From contig NZ_CP042911.1 of assembly GCF_008065095.1 (NCBI RefSeq), positions 1,530,001 to 1,562,000 of the forward strand: 32,000 bases of DNA, in the 5' to 3' direction. The stretch is from Gemmata obscuriglobus. GTDB taxonomy: Bacteria > Planctomycetota > Planctomycetia > Gemmatales > Gemmataceae. Position numbers and translations under genes: made by a program. Position 1 is the stretch's first letter, and each line of letters opens with the position of its first letter. This document shows, piece after piece, positions 7,339-16,588 of this stretch. The notes under the pieces were generated by a model. That model was not told the DNA's origin. It was given only the letters and a program-made list of their open reading frames with translations, and ran no database searches.

Positions 7339-8712
7339 ATGGCGTTACCACACGACCTCCCAACCCGAACGGACGCGGCGATGCCATCTTCGCACACTCC
7401 GGCCCCGCGGTGCCAGTGGTTTTCGATTCTGGCCGGTGCCTTGGATCGGCGCTCGGGCCGGCGGTTGGCGCTGTTGTTCCTGGGGGTGCTGTTGGCCCGC
7501 GGGCGACAGGCCCGGAGTTGCTGGATCCGAGCCGCCGGGTTGTCGTCCCAGTACCGCCGCTGCTACCCCACCGCGGCCGCCGTCGGGCGCCGGGCCGAGG
7601 CCATCGCCACCCGGTTGTTGGTCGAGGTGCTCCGGCCGTTGGTGACCGGGCCGCGGGTCGTGCTCGCGTTGGATGACACCCCGACGGCGCGGTACGGTTC
7701 CCAGGTGCAAGGGGCCGGGGTGCACCACAACCCGACCCCCGGGCCGGCCGGGAGCGGGTTCGTGTACGGGCACGTGTGGGTGGTCCTCGGGTTGCTGGTG
7801 GCGCACCCGCTGGGCGGGGTCGTGGCGTTACCCCTGTTGGCCCGGCGGTACATCCGGAAGGCGAACCTGGGGGCGGTTCGGGCGGCGGACCGGCCCCCGT
7901 TCGCAACCAAGCTGACCATGGCCGTGGGCTTGGTGCGGTGGGCGCACGGGTGGCTGGCGTTGTGGGGGAAGGCGGTGTGGGTGGTGGCCGACGGGGCGTA
8001 CGCCCAGGGGCCGGTGCTCAAGCCGCTGCGGAAGCTCGGGGTGACGGTGGTGAGCCGACTGCGCCGGGATGCGGCCCTGTGCTCGGTGCCACCGGCGCGA
8101 GTACCCGGGCGGCCCGGGCGGCCGCGGGTGTACGGGACCGAGCGGGTGTCGCTGGCCAAGCGGGCCGCCCACCCCGGCGGGTGGAGCACCGGCATGTTCA
8201 CCGTGTACGGGAAGTCGGTCGAGAAGCGGTACAAGACGTTCGTGGCCACGTGGCGCCCGGCCGGTGGGGCGATCCGGGTGGTGTTGGTGGACGAGCCCCA
8301 CGGATGGGTCGCGTTCTTCGGCACCGACACCACCGCGACCGTGGCCGACATCCTGGAGCGGGTGGCCGACCGGTTCACCCTGGAGACCTGTTTTCGGGAT
8401 CTCAAACAAGTCGCCGGGGCGGGTCAGCAGCAGGTGCGCGGGGTGCCGTCGAACGTGGGGTGCTTCCACCTGTGCGCGTGGGCCCACACCCTGACCGAGG
8501 TGTGGGCCTGGAACCAGAACGCCGAGGCCCTGGTGGGGCACCGATCCGCATCCCCGTGGGACGACCCGAACCGGCGCCCGAGCCACGCGGACAAGCGCCG
8601 GGCCTGGCAACACAAGCTGTTGGCCCAGGAGATTCAGGCCGTTGTGGGCGAGCACCACGACCACGCGAAAATCCGCGACCTCGCCCACCGGTGCTTGGAT
8701 CTGGCCGCGTGA
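7339..8712 (+). CDS. IS701-like DDE transposase
   Basis: 'VVLALDDTPTARYG' (D), 'VWVVADGAYAQG' (D), 'FTLETCFRDLKQVAGAGQQQVR' (E/K), typical of IS701/DDE_5-type transposases. The alternative start is M15. Confidence 0.8.
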   Translation: MALPHDLPTRTDAAMPSSHTPAPRCQWFSILAGALDRRSGRRLALLFLGVLLARGRQARSCWIRAAGLSSQYRRCYPTAAAVGRRAEAIATRLLVEVLRPLVTGPRVVLALDDTPTARYGSQVQGAGVHHNPTPGPAGSGFVYGHVWVVLGLLVAHPLGGVVALPLLARRYIRKANLGAVRAADRPPFATKLTMAVGLVRWAHGWLALWGKAVWVVADGAYAQGPVLKPLRKLGVTVVSRLRRDAALCSVPPARVPGRPGRPRVYGTERVSLAKRAAHPGGWSTGMFTVYGKSVEKRYKTFVATWRPAGGAIRVVLVDEPHGWVAFFGTDTTATVADILERVADRFTLETCFRDLKQVAGAGQQQVRGVPSNVGCFHLCAWAHTLTEVWAWNQNAEALVGHRSASPWDDPNRRPSHADKRRAWQHKLLAQEIQAVVGEHHDHAKIRDLAHRCLDLAA

Positions 8713-9167
8713 GCGCGGCCGATTCGCGGAAACTACAGCTCCAATGCACCCTCCCAGAACCGCCGGTCGGGTCGTGGGGCGTACCGGCACTTATCGGACC
8801 GTGCAATGAGCCAAGTCGACCGGCTGCCAGTGACGTAGCCCGGACGTCCTTGCCCGGGCTGCATCGTCTCCTGTTGCTCGTTACCAGGGGGGGCTGGCCC
8901 TCATTCAGTTCGTCGGGGTGGCTTGGTTCTTCACATCCGATTCATTGTCCTTCGCCAAAGCGGCGGACACGTTTTCGAACCAGATCAGCTTGCTGCCGCG
9001 CGAACCGGGACGATGGAGCGGCCAACCGCCCTGACTTTTCTTTCGAGAGACACTGCCGATAAAGAGACTTTTTCGTATGCCTGTAAAAAATCATTTTTAT
9101 GGTCTGTCTGATCCAATATGATGATGCCGATGTAGTCGTCTTCTCTCGCTTAAGGTGCGAAATCAGC

Positions 9168-10901
9168 ATGGCTGAATCCAATAACGGCGACACTGCTCGC
9201 GAGTTTAAAATTGGGGCCGCAAGGATCCGCGGCCTGGGCAGTTTCCACAAGACCCTCCCGCACAATCAGTGGGGGGAAGTGGACGAAGACGAGTTCAAGA
9301 AGCTGGTGGCGGCCACCCAAGGCGACGGGTCCGGGTTCGCGGCAGTGCTCGGCGGGGCGACCGGGGCGGCCGCCTTCACCAACCCTCAAGCGGGGCTGGC
9401 ATTCGATCGGTTGACGCAGCACCCAAGCGCGTACTCCATGCCGCCCGCGCCGAAGGTGCTGTCCGTCACCGCCGCCGCGGAGATGACCGAGCTGTACTGG
9501 ATGGCGCTCCTCCGCGATGTGCCGTTCGACCAGTTCGACACGGACCAGAGGGCGGCGGCCGCGGCTACGGAAATTGAGTCCCGGTTCGCGGAAGCGGTGG
9601 GCGACACCGGCGACGCAGGCCACCTCATCACCGGCGTCGATGTGCCGGGTCCGGCCGGTGCTCTAAGCGACATTACCCCGCAGAATCTGTTCCGGCTCGG
9701 ATTGCCCGGCGAAGAACTGGGGCCGCTGGTGAGCCAGTTCTTCATCCGCGACGTCCACTACGGCACCCAGCGGATCGACCAGAAGCAGCTGCCGTACAAG
9801 AAGGGGCGGGACTACCTGACCGAGTTCCCTGACTGGCTGCGCGCCCAGTCGAGCGGGCGGGACGGCAAGGGGCAGGCTTACCCGCAGTCGAACGAGGACA
9901 GCGCGAACAACTTCGAGACCAACCGGCGGTACGTCTCCACCCCTCGTGACCTGGCCCGGTTCGTAAACAAGGACGCCCTTCACCAGGCTTACTTCAACGC
10001 CGCCCTGCTCCTGCTCTCGGGGGGCGCCCGGTGGACGCCGGGGAACCCGTACGGCGACGGGCAACGGCTGGAGCCGCGGGAGGCCGGGTTCGGGGTGCTC
10101 GGCGGGCCGCACATCCTGGCGCTGGTGTCCGAGGTGGCCACGCGGGCGCTGAAGGTGGTGTGGAACCAGAAGTGGCAGGTTCACCTGCGGTTGCGACCCG
10201 AGGCCTACGGCGGCCTCGTTCACGTCCAGAAAATCGGCATCGGCGGGTCGAACGGCAAGCGGCCCTACGGCCTTCCGGGCTGGGTCGGCACCACGGACGC
10301 GGCGAAAGAGGTTCGTAAACAGCACAAGAGCCTCCTCCTGCCGATGGCGTTCACCGCCGGCAGCCCCACCCACCCGGCCTACGGGGCCGGGCACGCCACC
10401 GTCGCCGGTGCCTGCGTTACGGTGCTGAAGGCGTACTTCAAGACCTTTACTAACGAGGGCGGGGTCGACATCCCGGTGCCGTTCAAAACGCTCAAGGAGC
10501 GCGAACAACCCTACGGCGCCGGGGACACGATCAAGTGCTATGCCACCGGGATCATGACCAGTCCGGAGGGGGACGAGGGCACCCGCAACCCACTGCCCGA
10601 CTCGATCGCCGACACGCTCACCATTGAGGGCGAGCTGAACAAACTGGCGACGAACGTGGCGATGGGGCGAAGCATGGGCGGCGTCCACTGGCGGACGGAC
10701 AACACCCGCAGCCTGATGCTCGGCGAAGCGCTGGCCGCCCGCATCTTGGCCGACATCACCACCGACGCGAACGAAAAGCCTACGTTCACGTTCCGCTCCT
10801 TCGCCCGGAAGATGGACGGCGAGCCGAAGAAGGTGCGGATCGCCCACGGGCGTGTGTACGTGGACGACGTGCTGGTGGACACCAACAGCAGCGCGCTGTG
10901 A
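9168..10901 (+). CDS. Vanadium-dependent haloperoxidase-like protein (PAP2 superfamily)
   Basis: The vanadate-site pattern is present: 'NQKWQVHLRLRPE' (K-x7-R-P), 'HPAYGAGHATVAG' (xGH) and 'GRSMGGVHWRTD' (R-x5-H). ATG at 9168 ('MAESNNGD'), preceded by an AT-rich spacer. The track start at 9099 is an alternative. Confidence 0.8.
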   Translation: MAESNNGDTAREFKIGAARIRGLGSFHKTLPHNQWGEVDEDEFKKLVAATQGDGSGFAAVLGGATGAAAFTNPQAGLAFDRLTQHPSAYSMPPAPKVLSVTAAAEMTELYWMALLRDVPFDQFDTDQRAAAAATEIESRFAEAVGDTGDAGHLITGVDVPGPAGALSDITPQNLFRLGLPGEELGPLVSQFFIRDVHYGTQRIDQKQLPYKKGRDYLTEFPDWLRAQSSGRDGKGQAYPQSNEDSANNFETNRRYVSTPRDLARFVNKDALHQAYFNAALLLLSGGARWTPGNPYGDGQRLEPREAGFGVLGGPHILALVSEVATRALKVVWNQKWQVHLRLRPEAYGGLVHVQKIGIGGSNGKRPYGLPGWVGTTDAAKEVRKQHKSLLLPMAFTAGSPTHPAYGAGHATVAGACVTVLKAYFKTFTNEGGVDIPVPFKTLKEREQPYGAGDTIKCYATGIMTSPEGDEGTRNPLPDSIADTLTIEGELNKLATNVAMGRSMGGVHWRTDNTRSLMLGEALAARILADITTDANEKPTFTFRSFARKMDGEPKKVRIAHGRVYVDDVLVDTNSSAL

Positions 10902-10945
10902 CCGCAACTGGACCAAACCCGGACGACCAGAAACGGCTTTTACCC

Positions 10946-12493
10946 ATGAGAAACAGACTCGCACGCCTCGTCCAGCCCGGTTCCGTTAAGTCGACACCTC
11001 GGTTCATTTGCGATGACCGTATCGGGCCGAAACGGGGCGGGGCCAGAGAGACCGCAGAAGATTTTCTGACCGCGTGGGCCGCGCGGCTGAAAATTGACAC
11101 GCGACAGACCCCGCTGGGTTACGATCGCGTGCTATCGAGTCGGTTCGGCAAGCACGTCCTCTTCCAGCAGCGGTTCCGCGGTAAGCGGCTGAGCCACGCC
11201 TGGCTCCGGGTGGACCTCGACCCGGACGGCCACGTCGTCGCCGTATCCAACCGCTGCCTCACGGCCGCGCGCGCCAAACGAGCGGGTCAAACCTGTCCGC
11301 ACCGGGCTGTGCTCTCTGCAGACCAAGCGGTCGATCATGCGGTTCGGTCGGTCGGATCTGCTGAGGGCGTGGCAGCCACACGAGACCCAAAATTAACGTA
11401 CCTCCGGGCCGGCCCGGGCGTGCACCGAACTTGGAGTGTGGACCTGGCGGGCGCGGACCCAGCGGACCGGTGGCGGGTGTACGTCGATGTCGTCACGGGC
11501 CGCGTGATTCACTCCGAGGAGCAAGTCCTGCGGGCCACCGGCAGCGGCCTGATCTTCTCCCCCAACCCGATGGTCGCCCTCGGCGCCCCCGGTCTGTCGC
11601 CCGCCGATCCGATCCCGTCGGAAGCGTACCGCGAGGTCGCCCTGCTCGACCTCGACGACAGCGGCTTCCTGACCGGCCCGTGGGTGACCACGGAGGCCAC
11701 GAGCGCGGCGGCCCGGATCCGCCGTCCGTCCGGCGACTTCCGGGTCACTCGCGAGAATACGGGTTTCCGTGAAGTTATGGCGTATTACCACATCGACACT
11801 GCCCAGCGGTACTTGCAGAGCATAGGCATGGCACACGCGGCGGTTCGGGTATCCGTTGACGCGAGCGGAAGCGGGAGCGGTGCCTTTTTCGACCCGAACA
11901 CGCTGGTGGTGACCCTTTCAACTGGCGGCACCCCGGACGCCGAAGACGCCGAGGTCATCCTTCACGAATACGGTCACGCCGTCCAGAACGCGATCGTCTT
12001 CGGTTTCGGCCAAGCCGCCGCATCCCGACCGCTGGCCGAGGGGACTGCAGATTACTTCGCCGCGACGTTCTTCGACGGTGTCAAAGGGGGCGCGTTTCGC
12101 CGCGGACTGGGGAGCTGGGAAGCGGCCGGGGACGGGCAGACGGGAAGCCCACCGTTCTCCCGCGTACTCGACTTCCATGGGCCCCTCGGCGGTCAGCCGC
12201 TGCGGCTGACCGAGTTCTGGTCCGGGTGCCTCTGGTCGCTCCGCGAGTTATTCGGGCGGACGAGGGCCGACACCTTGGCCGTCGGGTTCCTCTCCTTCGT
12301 TCCCCACGACGGCGGCCTCGCCGACGGTGCCATCTCGCTCGTCGCGGTCAACCGCCTTCTCATCGCCGCCGGCACCGCCGACCGGGACAGCGAGGCCGCT
12401 ATCGTCGAGATGTTCTGGGAGCGTGGCGTGGACGCCCGGCAGGGGAGCATCAGGTCGGACGTTGATTTCCCGCCGCTACCGGCCGTCATCTGA
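10946..12493 (+). CDS. Gluzincin metalloprotease, fungalysin/thermolysin-like (M36/M4-like) with an FTP-type propeptide
   Basis: 'ILHEYGHAVQ' (HExxH) followed by 'LAEGTADYFAATFF' (third-ligand Glu motif). The N-terminal 'GKHVLFQQRFRGKRLSHAWLRVDLDPDGHVVAVSN' resembles the FTP propeptide. An alternative GTG start at 10898 overlaps the haloperoxidase stop (GTGA). Confidence 0.75.
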   Translation: MRNRLARLVQPGSVKSTPRFICDDRIGPKRGGARETAEDFLTAWAARLKIDTRQTPLGYDRVLSSRFGKHVLFQQRFRGKRLSHAWLRVDLDPDGHVVAVSNRCLTAARAKRAGQTCPHRAVLSADQAVDHAVRSVGSAEGVAATRDPKLTYLRAGPGVHRTWSVDLAGADPADRWRVYVDVVTGRVIHSEEQVLRATGSGLIFSPNPMVALGAPGLSPADPIPSEAYREVALLDLDDSGFLTGPWVTTEATSAAARIRRPSGDFRVTRENTGFREVMAYYHIDTAQRYLQSIGMAHAAVRVSVDASGSGSGAFFDPNTLVVTLSTGGTPDAEDAEVILHEYGHAVQNAIVFGFGQAAASRPLAEGTADYFAATFFDGVKGGAFRRGLGSWEAAGDGQTGSPPFSRVLDFHGPLGGQPLRLTEFWSGCLWSLRELFGRTRADTLAVGFLSFVPHDGGLADGAISLVAVNRLLIAAGTADRDSEAAIVEMFWERGVDARQGSIRSDVDFPPLPAVI

Positions 12494-12539
12494 GTGGCGG
12501 CACCCACCGGTGCCGCACGCTCGGAGCGGTGGCCGTGGC

Positions 12540-13385
12540 TCACTTCTTGACGGCCGGTGGTAACGTCGGAATGGTCGCGATCTGCTCGAACCGCATGATC
12601 CCGTCCTTATCCATGACGAGGCCGTAGATCGCGCTTGGATCGCCGCAGCAGACCGGCGACGAACCGCCCGCCTCGACCGGGCACCCTTGGAAGGGCATGA
12701 AGCCCACATACCGCCACCCGTACAACTGCTTTTTCCCCTTCGGATCCCGTGCGATGACGGCCTCGTAGAACCCGAACGGGATGTTGGTCGCCAGGATTCG
12801 CCCCGGCGGCTCTGGGTCGCCTTCCTTGAACCCCAGCGGCTTGAGCAGGCCGCCGACGCTGCTCACGAGGTCGGCGGTGCTTTTGAGAATCTCGTCCGTC
12901 TGCTGGTCGGTCTTGATGCCGACCGAAGTCAGATTCCACCCGTTTTCGAGCGTCACGTTAAGCTCGCCGATCCCGAGCCCCGGTCGCAACTGGATCGAAT
13001 ACTCCTCGGCAAAGTCGGGCATGTACGCCATCGAGATGGAGATCTTCGTCGGAGTGGGCGCCGTCGGCTGATTTTTGTCGCGCTTTTCGGGCAACCCCTG
13101 CAACTTGGGCTGTGGGTCCGTCTGGCCGGCAGCCTGCTTGATTGCCCCGACAGAAGGATCGGCCTGAACCGACTTGATCTCAATGGGAGCACCCTGACTC
13201 ACGGTGAACGCTGGCTCTTTGCCACCGCCACCACCCTCGCCCGGCACAATAAACAGATACGGCTTCGGCCGGTAGTACCGAATCCCCTTGTCATGGACGC
13301 CGGGATCCTTGTGGACCACAACGCGGGTACAGGCACACAAGCAGAGGCAGCTCACGATCATTACGATAATGCGGGCGGTCATCAT
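12540..13385 (-). CDS. Hypothetical lipoprotein
   Basis: 'MMTARIIVMIVSCLCLCAC' is a signal peptide with a lipobox-like L-C-A-C, followed by a Gly-rich linker 'GEGGGGGKEP'. The frame is GC3-rich. No family recognised. Confidence 0.7.
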   Translation of the reverse strand: MMTARIIVMIVSCLCLCACTRVVVHKDPGVHDKGIRYYRPKPYLFIVPGEGGGGGKEPAFTVSQGAPIEIKSVQADPSVGAIKQAAGQTDPQPKLQGLPEKRDKNQPTAPTPTKISISMAYMPDFAEEYSIQLRPGLGIGELNVTLENGWNLTSVGIKTDQQTDEILKSTADLVSSVGGLLKPLGFKEGDPEPPGRILATNIPFGFYEAVIARDPKGKKQLYGWRYVGFMPFQGCPVEAGGSSPVCCGDPSAIYGLVMDKDGIMRFEQIATIPTLPPAVKK

Positions 13386-13537
13386 CACTGACTCTTGGTT
13401 AGTGAAATAGTCGGATCGCACCGCTAATCAGTCGGCTGGCAGAAGGTCGTAGCTTTAGTGACTATTTCGATTCTACGCAAAGTGACAAATCGATCGAACT
13501 GGAGGCCAGTGATGAGCGTCTCTCACACCGTCCGGTT

Positions 13538-13790
13538 TCAGGCAGCGAGTGAGGCCCAGTAGTCATCCCACTGGGTTCTCTCGCTTCGAAACAAGGCGCT
13601 GAGGTGGCGCATGGCATCTGCACCGGCTCCGCCCCACCGCATCCCGCTGCCGTTCATTCGTTGACCAACGACCTGCTCGCAAGCCGCCTCGACCGGCCCC
13701 GAACCGATCAGTCAACCCTTCGCACGGTAACTTGGGTAGTCCATTCGGTGACCGTCCGCGCTCACCAGGGCGCCGGCGACCCTCTCTCGG
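13538..13790 (-). pseudogene. ISKra4-like transposase, C-terminal remnant with an in-frame TGA
   Basis: The minus-strand translation is '...ALVSADGHRMDYPSYRAKG*LIGSGPVEAACEQVVGQRMNGSGMRWGGAGADAMRHLSALFRSERTQWDDYWASLAA*'. The IGSGxVEAxC...SGMRW motif is typical of ISKra4-type transposase C-termini. The internal stop is at 13712-13714 (probably TGG to TGA). Upstream homology decays into other frames. Confidence 0.55.
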
Positions 13791-14344
13791 GAGCACCGCT
13801 GAGACGCCCCGGGTTGAACCGCCATGAGCAGGTTGCGCATGCAACCCCGAGACGGGATCTCGTTGGGCAACGCCAAGAACCCGCGGGCCTACTCGGCCCG
13901 GGCGACGGCCCGCCGGCGGATCGCGGTCGGGCCGAGTAGGCCCGCACATCGCAGGAATCACGATGTCCAGGAACTGGTGCCGACGATTCCGCGTATCCCG
14001 CGGGTCCGTCGGCGATTCGAAATACGATCAGATCGAATCGACCGTGGTCCGCTTGGTCGCCATGCGTCACCGGGCATGGGACGGTTCCGCACGGTCCGAA
14101 ACACATTCCGGGGCGCGCGGAGAACGCTGCCGAAGGTGTTGGACGGCGATCGATGGCACGCAAAATTAACGTAACTTTCCAGGTTTAAATTGTCGCATTT
14201 GTTTTTGTGGATATTATAATTTAATTTGATTGATGTCTTCGGATGTTGTCAAAGGCGTATGTGCGTCGCATATGGTCTTACGTAATGACGTGTGTTGCTT
14301 GGCCGCTGCGCCTCTCCGATAACCTGCCGCCGCCGCCGGTGACC

Positions 14345-14452
14345 GATATTACGGCGGCGCGTAAGATACGCATTCAGGCTCTCGGCCCGACAGCCGTTGC
14401 CCGTGATTCCCAGCGGTTCTGCCTTGCGTATCTTGCGCGCCGCCGTAATATC
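14345..14452. repeat. 28-bp inverted repeat (27 of 28 positions pair) separated by 52 nt
   Basis: gatattacggcggcgcgtaagatacgca (14345-14372) against tgcgtatcttgcgcgccgccgtaatatc (14425-14452). Both strands therefore give 'ITAARKIR' in the ORF track. It lies just upstream of the IS66 fragment. Confidence 0.85.
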
Positions 14453-14461
14453 CGCGTTTTT

Positions 14462-14788
14462 GAGGCCACGATTACCGAACTCAAGGCGGAGGTTGCTGAA
14501 CTCAAATTCCAGTTCAACCAGAACTCCGCGAACTCGTCCAAGTCCCCGTCGTCGGACCCGCCGCACGTGAAATCGGCCCCACCCGAGCGGCCCTCGGGCA
14601 AACGCTCGGGCGGGCAACCAGGGCACCCTAAAGCCGAGCGCACGCTCTTGCACTCCCCCCGATGAGATCCGGACCCTCAAACCGGACACGTGCCGGGACT
14701 GCAAGCACCCGCTGGCCGGGGAGAACCCGCACCCGGCCGTTCATCAGGTCCATGAGATCCCGGTCGTCCGCCCCCATGTCACCGAGTA
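14462..14788 (+). pseudogene. IS66-family transposase (TnpC) N-terminal fragment, frameshifted and truncated
   Basis: 'LKAEVAELKFQFNQNSANSSKSPSSDPP...GGQPGHPKAER' is the IS66 leucine-zipper/NSSKPPSSD signature. After a shift at the C6 run 14655-14660 it continues as 'PDEIRTLKPDTCRDCKHPLAG...HQVHEIPVVRPHVTEY' (zf-IS66-like). Homology stops near 14788. Confidence 0.6.
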
Positions 14789-15395
14789 CACCGACCCCGT
14801 CCGGGAGCCTCGCCCGATCCAGCAACTTGATGTCGGCCCACCGCCCGGGCACCGACTCGGACACGTGGACGATGCGCCCCGGCGCCTCGTCCACGGTCAC
14901 CGGACTCTTGAGCGTGTGGGCCTTCTTCTTGCCCGAGTGATAGGCCCGCTGGGTCCGCTGCTCGAACGAGTCCGCGATCACCGCCAGCCCGGGAGTGTCG
15001 CTCAGCACCGCCGGCAACCGCTTGCGGCGTTGGCCCCCCGGGTCCGGCATCCGCATGGTGTCCCGGCCCGCCTGGGCCAGGGCCGGTACGCACCGGGTCC
15101 GGACCCGGCTGGCGGTCGAGTCCGACACCCCGAACAGGAACCCGAGCACCTCGTTGGTCGGGTACTGGCGCAGCCAAATGACCGCCAGCAGCAGTTGGTC
15201 CGCGGTGCTCAGGTCGAAGTGGTCGCCCCCGCCCACCGCCCGCTGCCGGTCCGGGCGGTCCAACTTCCGGCGGTGCGCCGCCTCGATCACCGGGGCCACG
15301 TCCCGCACCAGCGCGTCGAACGCCGCGACCGTCAGCCCGGTCAGGTGCTCGAACACCACCCGGTGCTTCCGCAGGTTGTCCAGGCGCGCGATCAT
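14780..15395 (-). pseudogene. Harbinger/PIF-like DDE_Tnp_4 transposase (IS5 superfamily), 3'-truncated
   Basis: 'LTGLTVAAFDALV' (HTH_Tnp_4-like), 'LLLAVIWLRQYPTNEVLGFLFGVSDSTASR', 'AVIADSFEQRTQRAYHSGKKKAHTLKSPVTVD', 'VPGRWADIKLL...LGDMG'. The sequence then runs into the IS66 fragment and lacks the last ~80 aa, including the catalytic Glu region. ATG at 15395. Confidence 0.65.
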
Positions 15396-15601
15396 GGGGC
15401 TCTCACTACGGCCAGGAGGCACCATTAGAGTACAAAAATGCCGCTATCCTGAATGAGGTCTATTCCGTCTGTCCCGCGGTCCCGTTGTTTAACGCCTTCG
15501 CTGGCCACCAACACCGTGGAGGGTAGACCGTTGGAAAATCCAAGCTTTCTTCCTGGGCTACTCGCCGGGTTGAGCACGTCACACGGTCAATGGGAGCACG
15601 C

Positions 15602-16477
15602 ATGTTCGTCCCTCAACACGCCGTCAAGCTCGACCTTGCCGACAGCCGGCGACGGTACGAGTTTGAGGCCGAAGCGGTCCAAAAAAGGCTGGAGATCCTC
15701 CGCGACCCGAGCCGGGTCGATCTCCTGACCTCTCTCGCCCACTCGGCCGAGGTGACGTACCACCACGGTCTGCTGATTAGTGCCGCCCCGCGTGTGTGCG
15801 CCTGGGCGCTGGCCGTGGCTGCGCGAGCCAACACCGCCGCGTTCGTTTTCTCTGATCTCAAGGCATCGCCGCGGCCCTGGCGACTAGACAACGGGCCACC
15901 ATACAGCTTCTATGAACGAGTCGACGAAAGTTCCGTTCACTCTGGCCGGTGGGTGGACGCCATTAGCCAAGCCGTCGTCGCGCGGCAAGTGGACTGTTTG
16001 ATCGAACTGCGGCCAATCGCTTACGACGCCCTCCGCCGTTCGTCCTCCCGCAGTTCGGACCCGGAGCGCGACCGGCACCGCGTCGAGCAGCACCGCGCTC
16101 TTGCCGAGGCCGCCCTTGACCCCGACCGACCGCTTGCCCCCGATTACCTGATTCACGCCGCTGCGGCGCGGCCGGCGAAGGTCCGCCCCATCAACCGGCG
16201 GATTGGGGAGGCGAACGACCGGATGGTAAATGCCCTCGACGTTCAGGATGCCGCCAAATTCAACGCGGCCTTGGCCGAATCGCTCGAGTTACGGCGGACG
16301 GCATTCGCGGACCTGCCCGAGGAGACGAAGGGGAACCACACGGCGCTGTGGCCGCTCGGGCTGATCGCTCTCGTTGTGCTGGCCCATGATCGAGGGATCC
16401 CAATCGAGGTCGAGTCCGACTATCTGCCTCGCCCGTGGGTGACCGGTGAGCTGTTCCAGGAGTCCGCCGCATCGTAA
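15602..16477 (+). CDS. Imm49-like polymorphic-toxin immunity protein (orphan)
   Basis: The C-terminal 'FNAALAESLELRRTAF...LWPLGLIALVVLAHDRGIPIEVESDYLP' matches my recollection of the Imm49 family signature (...GFPIEVESxYLP). The protein is all-helical-looking, about 290 aa. The alternative start is 15590. No toxin gene is adjacent. Confidence 0.55.
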   Translation: MFVPQHAVKLDLADSRRRYEFEAEAVQKRLEILRDPSRVDLLTSLAHSAEVTYHHGLLISAAPRVCAWALAVAARANTAAFVFSDLKASPRPWRLDNGPPYSFYERVDESSVHSGRWVDAISQAVVARQVDCLIELRPIAYDALRRSSSRSSDPERDRHRVEQHRALAEAALDPDRPLAPDYLIHAAAARPAKVRPINRRIGEANDRMVNALDVQDAAKFNAALAESLELRRTAFADLPEETKGNHTALWPLGLIALVVLAHDRGIPIEVESDYLPRPWVTGELFQESAAS

Positions 16478-16515
16478 CCACATCCCGTCCGGCTGGATGA
16501 TAACGAAGCTGTCGC

Positions 16516-16557
16516 CTACGGAACCTCAGGTTGCGAGCGTAATCGGAGGTTCCGTAG
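16516..16557. terminator. Hairpin between convergent genes (12-bp perfect stem, 18-nt loop); possible bidirectional terminator
   Basis: ctacggaacctc (16516-16527) pairs with gaggttccgtag (16546-16557). It lies 39 nt after the Imm49-like stop and 32 nt after the small minus-strand ORF stop. There is no U-tract. Confidence 0.35.
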
Positions 16558-16588
16558 ACGTTGACACCAGGGAGCCGCTGAACGCGGT

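Larger units (their letters stand above)
7260..8738 (+). mobile_element. IS701-like (IS4-superfamily) insertion sequence, about 1.48 kb
   Basis: A 17-bp imperfect IR pair (7260-7276 and 8722-8738) brackets a single DDE transposase ORF. No convincing target duplication is seen. Confidence 0.6.

Noticed and set aside
7231-8902. A wider IS701-like boundary using the poly-C (7243-7252) and poly-G (8887-8893) tracts with the flanking ggccc/gggcc as inverted repeats.
   Set aside because: The spacing to the better 17-bp IR pair is very asymmetric (7 nt against about 150 nt), and the similarity is essentially homopolymer-driven.
13440-14240. Track ORFs 13563..13961(-), 13604..13939(+), 13762..14163(-), 13824..14174(+) and 13963..14169(+) as genes.
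   Set aside because: They are mutually overlapping and compositionally shadow-like. The only recognisable coding signal here is the decayed ISKra4-like transposase tail in a different, interrupted frame.
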